DNA of 62,609 bases, filler included, from Platydemus manokwari (taxonomy: Eukaryota): assembly GCA_037951405.1 (NCBI GenBank). It is 6 parts of 6 records of this genome, joined end to end, with 100 filler letters (N's around TTAATTAATTAA, not from the genome) between each part and the next. Parts side by side here need not be neighbours in the genome. Positions count along the whole stretch, not along the records: positions 1 to 9,652 come from JBBMOY011222098.1; positions 9,753 to 20,112 come from JBBMOY011140772.1; 4 more parts are not named here. One strand, 5' to 3'. Position 1 is the first letter of the stretch. Each line of letters begins with the position of its first letter. Made by a program: the position numbers and the translations under genes. Positions 1-10,509 of this stretch are shown here, in pieces. Below the pieces are notes generated by a model. It saw nothing but the letters and a program-made list of their open reading frames with translations. It was not told where the DNA came from and did not search any database.

Positions 1-78
1 AACGTGGAAGGCCATGATGTGCTCAAGGAAAATACAGCTCAGTGGTGGTTTCGTCGCTTTAACCAGGGAGATACCAGA
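1..78 (+). mobile_element. mariner transposase fragment (N-terminal HTH), lying in an intron of the CYP gene
   Basis: Frame 1 reads NVEGHDVLKENTAQWWFRRFNQGDTR, matching the mariner HTH pattern (G...L...T.Q.WF.RF..GD). Similarity stops abruptly at about 78. Confidence 0.8.
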
Positions 79-460
79 TCGATTTTTGCAATACACTCAA
101 CAAATTTAACATTTTATTTTAGGACCTCTTTTCTTAAATTTAGTCCAACGAACGCTATACATAAATTTAAATATTAAAAAAATAATTTAATTAAAAATAG
201 TTTTATCGATAAAAAATCAATAAAATATTCTTAATCAATAAGTAATTGATTATTAACTAATAAAATACAAAATAAATTATTAAAATCTATGTGAAAACCA
301 ATCAAAAACTAATCAATAAAAAAAATTATCAAAAATACTACTGACAAAAACAAACCAATGATATTAGCAACAGCAAATCAGATTCAATCAATCAGTATTG
401 ATTTCGTGAATCGATTGAATTTATTAATAAATATAATTATCTTATCATAACTAAAAATAC

Positions 461-873
461 CATTCGATCAGTAAATGATTTCGCTTCTTTAACTAATACG
501 TGCTTCATCAATTCCGCATCAGATATCATGGACATTTTGAAATTGCCGAAATAAAATCTATTGATGAATTTTCAATAAGAATTTTAAATTTATCGATTTA
601 TTACGGATAAATCTTTCCATATTTTTCGCGACACAACTTATCGAAACCGTGAAATCCCAATTTTCCTATATCAAGCAAATTGCCCAAGAAAAGCAATGGC
701 GGTGGACCGGAATGACCAAGTTTTAAATGTAAGTTCTGCTTCCCTTTCAGATATCTAAACATATTGATGTCAAAATACTTGATGACAAATATTCATTACT
801 TATAAACTAGATATATTCCGATTAATATCGATAAAACTTTGAAATTGAAAATACAATGCAAATATTCCAACAT
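461..873 (-). CDS. Cytochrome P450, CYP3-clan-like; first three coding exons (873-800, 754-605, 557-461); remainder lies outside the window
   Basis: Spliced through 45- and 47-nt GT-AG introns with consistent phase: MLEYLHCIFNFKVLSILIGIYLVYKYLKGKQNLHLKLGHSGPPPLLFLGNLLDIGKLGFHGFDKLCREKYGKIYPFYFGNFKMSMISDAELMKHVLVKEAKSFTDRM. This has a membrane anchor, the GP.P..FLGN hinge, KYGK and the D.ELMK.VLVKE..SFT.R motif of CYP3A-like enzymes. Confidence 0.9.
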
Positions 874-1124
874 TTTAAATGTCAACGGTTTTTATTTGAT
901 GTTATGGATTCATTTAAACAAGAATAATTTCACTTTAATATATTTATATATACAGCTGAAATTAATTCTCAGCATCTGGTTTGAGATTAAATTTAATCAA
1001 TTATGTAACAATGAAAGTATTGATAATAATATTATTCCAGATATATAAATATTTTCCACACCAAAATGGAAATTTTTATACCTTGAAAGAATCAATACGT
1101 AATCAATGATTTTTATACATGCAT

Positions 1125-1290
1125 GGTCATGTGAGGAATCTACTGAAAAATATCTGGTTCAACTATCTAAAAAAGCAGGCTGATATTTTAACCAATAAAT
1201 GATAAATATGTATTAAACAAAAAATAATATATTCTGATTGTTGGTCAGATATCATATCATGAGTTCAATTTGGGGAATATCAAGAAGCCT
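1125..1290 (+). mobile_element. Degraded Merlin/IS1595-like DDE transposase relic
   Basis: Across frameshifts it reads CEESTEKYLVQLSK, QADIL, PINDKYVL, IIYSDCWS, then SIWGISR. This resembles the Merlin core R.AETL.PII.KYVLPGT.I.SDCW.AY ... IES.W. Confidence 0.55.
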
Positions 1291-2039
1291 TATGAAAACT
1301 TTCAATGAGTAAGGATTAAATTGAAACTGAACGATGAAGTAGTTTCTGTCATTATGAGGTATATACCAGGTACAAATTGTGATATCTATAGCAATAATTA
1401 TCGCGTTTTACGAATGAGTAATATCCCTCAATATTTTCTTTAATAGATGGCTAATAATGTATATCTTATAGATAAATAATAACGCTGTATGTTTAATAAA
1501 TCAAATAGCACGTAGGCAATGACATCCAATATTAAATATAAAATGTTTATTGTGAGTTCCTGGTTCCTAGTATCAAAGTAAATTATATAGTAAATTAAAT
1601 TAATATATAAAAATTACGAATACAATTTTTTTTAATTTACTTTCCTATACCTTGATAAGTCCTTGATGGTAAATAAACCACGTCTTGTTCTTGAACTAAG
1701 TCATGTCAGAAATAAGCCACACAGGTACAAGTAGATATGAAGAAAGGATCATTGTATAAGCAGCATAAAGCAAATTATAAACCACTTGCAAATAGAAAAA
1801 ACCGAAGATAAAGAAGTATGGATTAATGAAAACCTTTCAAAGTAAAAGGGGGGAAACAAATGCTGCAAATCAAAGATACATCAAATGGTATAAACGTGAT
1901 AAGCAATAAATGAAAAACTCTCAAAGTTAACATTAGATCACAATCCTTGTTAGAAGCACGACATTTTAAGCTCAAATGTCTAATGATAAAATTCATTCTC
2001 AATAAAGTTGGTAATGGCACTTTTATTGTAACTTGATGT

Positions 2040-2330
2040 CCCAACACTGTCGGTATACAAATCAGTTTAGGAATTCACCGTTGAAATTTATATTTGGTAT
2101 TTCACACTGAGAAAATTTATGTCGTTGTTGTCAAATAAACAAAGTCAGGAACCTTGAATTAAAAGAATATAACAAACATTCATCCGATATCAAACATACA
2201 GAAAATTTGTATTCCTTTAGATTATAAAAAGTCTTTCAAGTCTTGGGAAAGTGATACAAATGCCCAAAGTGCCTTAAAAAACAACGAGAAGATAGTACTA
2301 GACAAGAACAGAGACTGGGATGGAGTGATT
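2040..2330 (+). mobile_element. Possible Gypsy integrase 3' remnant with polypurine tract
   Basis: Frameshifted QISLG/SPLKFIFG resembles the SP.E..FG motif after the integrase core. Purine-rich GAGACTGGGATGGAG at about 2311-2325. Heavily decayed. Confidence 0.3.
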
Positions 2331-2513
2331 TATCGTGGGGATAAGCCTGAGTTTCTGCTGTTAGGGCGCGATAATTTATTTCGTATTAATATTTTATAAT
2401 TTAACTTATTATTTTTAGGGATCGATGGATTCGATATTGGTAATTTTATTGGTATTATAATTTTACGTATATATAAATAATAATTATTATAAATATTAAT
2501 ATTTCCGAATATT

Positions 2514-2673
2514 TGTTGCTCAAAAATCCAAGAGAAGTAAAATCATAAAAATACATGCAAAATTAAATAAAAATTAATACACGTTTTATACGTATTGGCA
2601 TGCAAATGTTATACAAATATTTTTCAGTGTAAATTAATTGTTTTAAGTAAATAGTTGGACCAGAACCCCAACA
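2514..2673. repeat. Solo-LTR-like dispersed repeat (TGTTG...CAACA termini)
   Basis: 5-bp inverted termini. Shares blocks with 38575-38729: TCATAAAAATAC, AAATAAAAATTAATAC, ATACGTA.TG.CATGCA, TAAGTAA.TAGTTGG.CCAGAACCCCAACA. Confidence 0.65.
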
Positions 2674-3538
2674 TATAAAAGAAGCAGCAATTGATCTCAT
2701 GTTTCATATATAACCGAATTTGGCAATATGACAACCAGTTCAAATTCACATTTGCTATCTAGAATCCTTTAAAATATCGAAGCAGCAGCACTTCTCTAAT
2801 TCTCAAACGAAAAGATTCGCTATTTTGAGATCTTGGGAAACCACATGCACCAAGGAAAAGATCTAAATAGATAATTAAAGTGGTGTAGAATACCGATAAA
2901 GCAAATCCCAAAACAAACTCGGAAGGAGGAAATCAAAATAGACCCAATGATCCAGGGTTAAACAACAAGCTTCTTAAGATGGTGTGAGCTTCATAAACCT
3001 GTAGATATTGACGGAGACTATAACAACGGTTGTTTATAAAATTTTTAATAATTGATTTGATTTGCATATCTTAAATTTTTCTCTTTTATCGATGTTTATC
3101 CCAAGACCTTCCTTTACGCATTAATGTATACGTATGTATCAGTTTAACAACAATTTTAATGAACCGTTAAAAATGGAATTATCGTTAATAATAAAATGAT
3201 CGGACAATATCTTAAAAACTTAATTAAACCGAATTTGTTTAATTAATATAACTATATATATTTTACATATCACTATACTAATTAACTATAGAATTGAAAA
3301 AATAAACTCATCAGAATTAATAAAATTAAAAATTTAATAAAGCAAATAGAACGAATATTTGATATTATAAAACGAAAAATAAAATTAATTTCCAAATTAA
3401 AGAGGAAAAACAAAAATATTTTGAATTTCTTTTATAGAATTTTCACTTCTAAAAATGTGTAAATAAGCTTGTAAATTTAGAATTTTTCACTCATAAAAAT
3501 TTGGTCAAGTTTTTAAATATAAATTTTACGATTTCAAT

Positions 3539-3978
3539 ATGGAACCAAGAACTAGAAAATTTTCAGAAATCGTTGGGAATTTCGGATCTTATCCAAGAAA
3601 TGACGTACATCAAAAGTTCCATTTAGAATTCAAATGTTGATACCATATTTTAGAACTATAGCGTTCAAAATTAAATTTATATATTCGGGGAATTCGTCAA
3701 AACCGAATATCCCAATCCCAACTAGAAATAAATTTGAATGATTTATCGAAAGGGTTAATTTGAATTTAAGTTAGAATAATCTAAAGGGGCTCCTGTGTTC
3801 TGTAAATGATAAACCTGAAATTCAACAAGGACAATAGATCATGCTTCACGTGTGGTAGATATGGTCATCTAGCTAGAAACTGCAAAACAGGAATCTTCTT
3901 AAGACATTGTTAACACTCAAGACCAACTTAAATGCTTCTCCTATGGTAATTTCATGAATTTCTTCAGGTCATGTCCAC
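3539..3978 (+). mobile_element. Decayed retrotransposon gag with CCHC zinc knuckle
   Basis: 3842-3883 encodes CFTCGRYGHLARNC (CX2CX4HX4C). A second degenerate knuckle KCFSYGNFMNFFRSCP follows. The upstream frame is broken by stops. Confidence 0.7.
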
Positions 3979-6425
3979 TAAACACGGGTAGATTTTAGTA
4001 ATATTCTCCATTTGAGCCACAACAATAGTATGCATAATTTTGTTTGAATTTATAATTTTTTGAAAGATTATAAACTATTAAGATAGATTTTTAATAATAA
4101 AAATAGTTAATAATAATTAATTAAATTAATATTAAATGCTTATCACAGAGCATATTTACTCATGTAGATATTGTCATAAAGTCTGTGTGAAGTATCTTTA
4201 CTGTACTGAAATTGAGACCCAGTGTAGCTCCGTTGGTGGATTGAAGCACTTGGTTATTTGGTCTCACTAACTCCGTATTTCTCCACAATAAAGATAGTTT
4301 AAGAGATTGCCTGATCATATAATATTCTCCTGCTTTTGGTTGTTGGTTATATTTAGAGTGTATGCATTGCTGTATTTATATTTTAAATGAATTATAATAA
4401 TGGGATTTTAGATATTAATTGAGAATTTGGCGATGAAATATTATAAATCAACAATAATATATTGATGAACTAGTCGGTAAATCAGTGTGAGCATTTAGAA
4501 GAGATGTTTGATGATTATTCTACCAAAAATCTGGCTCCTAACAGATTAATAGGTTAATAATATAATATGGCATAATAATATATAAAGTCTGATAATAATA
4601 AAATACATTATAATAACGATTGAAGAATGTGATGTATGAGTTAAAAAGGTAATATGTTTTGGTGTCCTGAAAGCATAAAAATAGTCGGAACGAACTAATA
4701 GCACTCTACTGCGAATGAAAACAAAGGAAGTTTTGATTTTAATGCCCGACAAATTCGAAACAACTTTGTGGGTCGGGTTGACCAGTGGTTTACAAAGAAA
4801 CTCCTGCTGGGGATTGTTGCAAAATTATTGAAGATATGATTAAAAATAATGTTTACCAGTTTATGATACTGCTTGATAAAGACTTGAAAAATAAATCCTT
4901 CATGAATATTGATTCCGAAATTGTCTGCTGATTGATATGATTTGCATATGAATACTAGCGCTTATAAGGTTTAATGCGTAGTTCCTGTACTGATAATTCC
5001 GTGCTTGCTTATGACACTTCTAAACACGTTTGCGAGTTTTGTGAAAATATTGTTTGTTGAGATTTTTGTGCTGAAAATTAAGTGCGATTTCTTATTTATT
5101 CTGCTTGCTTATATTCTACTGGCTTCTGTTTTGCGGGCGTCACCATTAATTTCGAATTTTACTTATTTTTTCATGGCTATTTCTTAGATTGACATGGTGA
5201 TTTTGATTTATTTAAATTAAAAAAATGAATTTTCATTGTATTACCATAGCAACGTGTATTAATAACTTTTATTCATAATTTGCTAATTTGTATTGTTCTA
5301 ATTTTTACACTTACATTTATGCTTTGAACTATTATTATATTATTCATATGTTTATATTTATATTTTTATTTATGTATCTTGCCCTTATGGTTTATATCTG
5401 ACAATATTCGAAAGTTAAGTTTTTCTTCAGAACCGTGAACTCATATGACTGCAATTACATTTGATCATGTTTGTTGGGTTCAATCAAATTTTTAATTAAT
5501 TTAAACGAAAAATCTCTATTCAATATTCGAATATAACACTGTGATTTCTTTTAAAATATGTATTCCGATTTTTATTACCACATAGCTCATGGATTTCTGA
5601 AAAGCTGTACATTGATTATTGTGTACCAGAATACATGTCGAACTAGATTTTATCCAATATTCATTTAAACCGATGTTCCGATCGTTATTCTTGTAAGAAC
5701 CGACGAAAATTCTCTTATTAAATATTATAAATGAAATTAAAATGGAAAATACAAAAATTCTATTGACAAAAACGAAAATGTAATGACAATGAAACAATTA
5801 TTTCAATAAATATCAAACACAATCAATGGTAGATAAGTAACGAATGATTAGAGATGAGCAATTATATAATTCCACATACACACATTTATAATTGATAACA
5901 AAAACGAATATACAAACAACAATTACAATCTGTCGTTATTAAAAATAAAAAATTCTTAAAACAAAAGATTTCATAATTTCTTTCACATTGTAGTTTCTAT
6001 CATACAACATCTTTGAGGAAAACAATTTCTTGATGAAGTTTGACAATGTAGTTGACAATCAAATGAATTATCCAATTCGTCCTAAATATAACAGAATTAT
6101 TTAAAATTCTTGATCAAAATTGGGCCACATATATACAATGAAGACCAGGAGTTATTTATTTGTTATTATAATTATTTATTAATATTATTGATCGACACCA
6201 TCGAACATCGAAATTAAGAAAGTTAAAGTGCGGTTAATACATATTTTTAACATTTCGCAACAAAAGAACATTTTATTGCATTTATGGAAAATCGATTCTC
6301 ATAAAACATTTAAGTAAACTTTTTAACAAACTAAATTTTAAAATGTGTATTATTTTAATACTCATATTATAAACATTATTGAGAATTGGTTCCTATGTAT
6401 TTCGTGATAAATAATATTTAGATCT

Positions 6426-8627
6426 AGTTAGATAAATTTTAGATTTGTTTAAAAATTCAAGAAAATACGCGTGATTTTTAAAATAATAAATTTTGGTGGA
6501 AACAGTCGATGCTTTTACTTGCGACCACGACGAAATAAATGCTCTTAAGAAAACCAAAAGAGAAGAGAGGCAGAAAACTTTTGCGAATCTGCCCAAAACA
6601 AACTCAGGACTTATTGATTCCGAAGCCATTGTTCTTCAAGACGCTGAGAAATGTTTCCAGACAACCAAAGATTTTGCCGTATTTAATCCAAAGCAACAGG
6701 AAAAAAGAAATTTCAAGACTATTTATTTTGCAAGGTCTAAATAGCAAGAAATTGAAAGTCTTTCATTCTCGATCCTGCAATGTCCGACGATAAAAGAAGA
6801 GAGCTGGCTGTCAATTTAGAAAAATTAACTCCAACAAAGGCCATGAACCCCATCAAGAAAACGTATGTTTAGTCGGTATTTCAAAATGACCCAAGAAAGA
6901 CTTTTCAGAAATAGAAGAAGAAGGGTATTCGTTCAGAGAATGTCATTTAACCAGAAAGACTAGTTATAATAATTCGAGGAAAATACTATGCATCCATAAC
7001 GAGGAAGATGAAAATGAATAAGTAATTGTATTAGCTTACTCTCCGTGGAGGACAAAAAACTGGCATCAACTTCCTCTGCTTATCTCGCAGTAGGGTTGAG
7101 TCAATAGGACACATATCAGTTGGATAGAATCAATTGATGGTAAGAATATGGGATAGAAATACAGCGACAAAGACAGAACCGAAATGGCACTGAAGGGTAT
7201 AAATAATAAGAATGATATTTTATTGAATAGGTTTATAAAAGAAAATGGATTAATTTTTATGGCGTCTCGGTTTGATTTGTGACTAACAGATTTGGTGAAG
7301 CACGAGATCCCATCAAAGGGGAAAAATATTTCCCAAAACCCCAGAAATCAGCCAAAATATTTAGAAATCAAAATTCAAGAATTGTTAGAAAATATTATTG
7401 GAACTCTCCTTTGGGTGTGGTTCCTAAGGAAGTAGGATCGAACAGGATGTTTTTAGACTTCCGAAAATTAAACGAATATACCCAGAAGTTTTCTTTTCCG
7501 ATACCTGATATTCAAGCGTTATTGAATTCGGATTATCGTGCGGTAAATTTTTCACGATAAATTTAGGCCAAGCATATTATCAGGTCGAATTTGAGGAAGA
7601 TTCTAAGTTAAAAAGGGCGTTGAGTACTAGAACTGGTCAGTTCTGTTTTAACAGACTACCTTTTGGATCAGGTTTGAAAATCAATCCCGAAATATGTGCA
7701 TTTGGAACAAGAAAATTGAATTTCCTGAGTCATACGGTCAGTGCAGAGGTATCAAAATTAATAACGACAAAATAAAGAAGATTAAGGAAGAGTTTGACCC
7801 TCTGGAACAGATCGTTGTTGATGTTTCGCACCTTGGAGAATTTATGACTAAAACCAAATATCTGTTGGTTATTATAGATAGATTTAGTAGGTTTGGAGGC
7901 TTATTGCCACTTATCAGACAAGACAAGATCAGTATTTCCAAGTCTATCATCGATAACTGAATCTATAGGTATGGTGCTCAAAAATCAATGCTCAATGATT
8001 GCGGTAGAGCTTTCGAGGAAATGGGAATGAAGGAATTAGCGATACGTTTTGGAATAAAGCAAGAATTTACCTCCCTATATCAACACCAGGCAAATGGCTA
8101 GGCCGAAAGGTGGTACCAACGCTGGCATCAGAGAAACAGATTTGGGATAAATTAATATTTCGGATAGAATTTGTCATCATTGCAACATATCAGAGTTCAA
8201 TTCAACATTTTCCTGTTGAAATATTGTTTGGACGAAAAATTAATATGCATGGATTACGGCTAAATAAACCAAGCCACTACAACCAAATTATCAAAAAAAT
8301 GGGAAACCAACTAAAATCAGTAGCCACAAACTTAAGGAAATTCGATGCTATAAAAGAGATTGTAGACTTATTGCGGCTGGAGAAGAAGTTTTAGTGAAGA
8401 AAGGACCACATAAGATAAAGAAGAACAGAGTTCGTTCTGAATTTTGAAAATTATTTTGCCCACATCAAGTGTTTCTTGATTTCCATGGACGGCCAAAACC
8501 TCGAAGAATTGATTAACTAAAAAGGGAGAGGGAAGTTAGATAAATCTAAAATTTGTTTAAATATTCAAGAAAACGCTTGTGATTTTTAAAACAATAAATT
8601 TTGATAGAAACAGCCGATGTGTTTACG
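6426..8627 (+). mobile_element. Internally deleted Ty3/Gypsy LTR retrotransposon with both LTRs
   Basis: LTRs at 6426-6519 and 8534-8627 (94 bp, 79/94 identical by hand alignment). PBS-like TGCGACCACGA at 6520-6530 and PPT AAAGGGAGAGGGA before the 3' LTR. RT motifs WNSPLGVVPK, RMFLDFRKLN, FPIPDI, LGQAYYQV, FNRLPFG. Integrase motifs KYLLVIIDRFSRF, PYQHQANG.AER. Flanks GATCT/CATCT suggest a 5-bp TSD. Confidence 0.92.
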
Positions 8628-9652
8628 CATCTTATTCTGCCAGGCTCAATAGAACAATTTTCATTCTCATTCTTGTTACCAAGAATATAGAATTTTCCTG
8701 TTTGTTCTATCACTTCTATCGGATTCAATCGTCGGGCATTTTGTGATTTTTTTTCGAAATTTACTCACAAATATCTATTTATAATTATATTTTTTTAAGC
8801 ATAATATATGAAACACGTTTTCAATGATTAATCAGACGAATTTATTATATCGACATTAATCATGTGAATACAAACGCCATATCGTTACAGTAGATGATTT
8901 AATATATTTTAATGCATTATCACTTGTATTTTTAATTTTACTTGTATATTTATTTTAAAATCAAAATATTTCAAAAAATCACTGAATTATGATAATATTA
9001 TACTTTCAAAATTTAAGAAAAAAAATAACCTTAACCTGATGAATGTTTATTGAATTGAAAAGGTTAATCCTGATACAATATCAAACCAATGTTGAGGTTT
9101 CCAAAGCAGATGAATCAAATCAAAAAATCAAAAAGCTAGTTCAATGTGAAAATGAATTGACGTCATAAAAACAGCAGCAGCGATAATAACTAAGTTTCAT
9201 TTAGGGACACACGTACGCGATAAATGAGTTCATTTTGATAACATCGTAGAGATTAAATGCTTATAATTATTCAATGAAGTGATTACCGATTCATAGCGCC
9301 TATACTAACATATGATATTGTTGATTTTAAAGCACCGTTATCGATTGAACTGAATCTTGACAAGTCGATCTAATTAACTTTAGTAATTATTCATTGTAAT
9401 TGGATAATTATTTCACATACCACAGCCTACTAGTAACAGACTGACCATTGTCTGCAATTTAATTTATTTTATTTTATTAATTCGATAATATTTATAATTA
9501 TTTTTAAAGTTAACCATAATAATAATTTATTATTATTATATTAAATATGATATTTTACTGACTAAACCTTGTCCAATTATGACAATTAGTTCACTAACAG
9601 ACCTATTTTATCGTCCTTATAAGTCATCAGTATATATTTATATATCAGTATA

Positions 9653-9752
9653 NNNNNNNNNNNNNNNNNNNNNNNNNNNNNNNNNNNNNNNNNNNNTTAA
9701 TTAATTAANNNNNNNNNNNNNNNNNNNNNNNNNNNNNNNNNNNNNNNNNNNN
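9653..9752. other. Artificial contig-joining spacer (44N-TTAATTAATTAA-44N)
   Basis: Exactly 100 bp. The 12-mer puts stop codons in all six frames. The same spacer occurs five times. Confidence 0.97.
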
Positions 9753-10509
9753 CCTTGATATTGTATCTTATAAATATATCCAATCTCTCATATCAAGATA
9801 TTTTGAAATCAAAGACTATTTGTTAAATATATTCATTAACTATTTTATCTATTAGATTCATTAAGATGGACTTCGAATCGAAAGATTAAAACAAATTTCA
9901 TGATCATATATAAATGACGTTTATGAATCCGAAAGCTAAAATCAACAAATGATTGCAGTTAAGGTGGTTAAGAAAATGATGATAATAGATTCGAATGGAT
10001 CGAATGACAATATTTGTGATTAGATGAAACTAATTTAATACGATATTGATAAGTAAAGTCAACTGAACTGGATCACCAGTTTACCATCTGCTATTAATAA
10101 CAGTTATTCAATTCGGTTTGTCAATTCATTCTCCACAAAGCAAATCCTGTTCTCATAAAGTGATTGAAACAGAAATAGATTATTAAGTGAATCAAATATG
10201 GCAATGATCATTGGAGAAAAGATAATTAATGTTATTATGACGACAAGAAACATTGTCTGCAAATCCACGAATTGAAATAAATCAAATAAATCTCCAAAAT
10301 CATTTCCAAAATAACAGAATATAAAATATTGATCTCAATGAAATATAGCTTTTGTCCATCCTCTTATATATATTTGTAGACAATTTCGCTACACTCAAAA
10401 TCTAAGTCATTTGAACAATTCATTCAACAATTATTACACCAAATTATCCAGCAGCAAATGCATATTTACGAAACCTTATTCGGTTAATTAAAGAAACTTT
10501 AAATATACC

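Noticed and set aside
4213-4265. tRNA/SINE-like A-box (TGTAGCTCCGTTGG) in a weak hairpin
   Set aside because: No B-box or cloverleaf can be formed.
4680-4720. Integrase-like SERTNSTLLRM
   Set aside because: Single short motif with no supporting neighbours.
9697-9708. TTAATTAATTAA palindrome recurring at ~10.5 kb spacing as a biological periodic signal
   Set aside because: Always embedded in exactly 44+44 N. It is an assembly linker.
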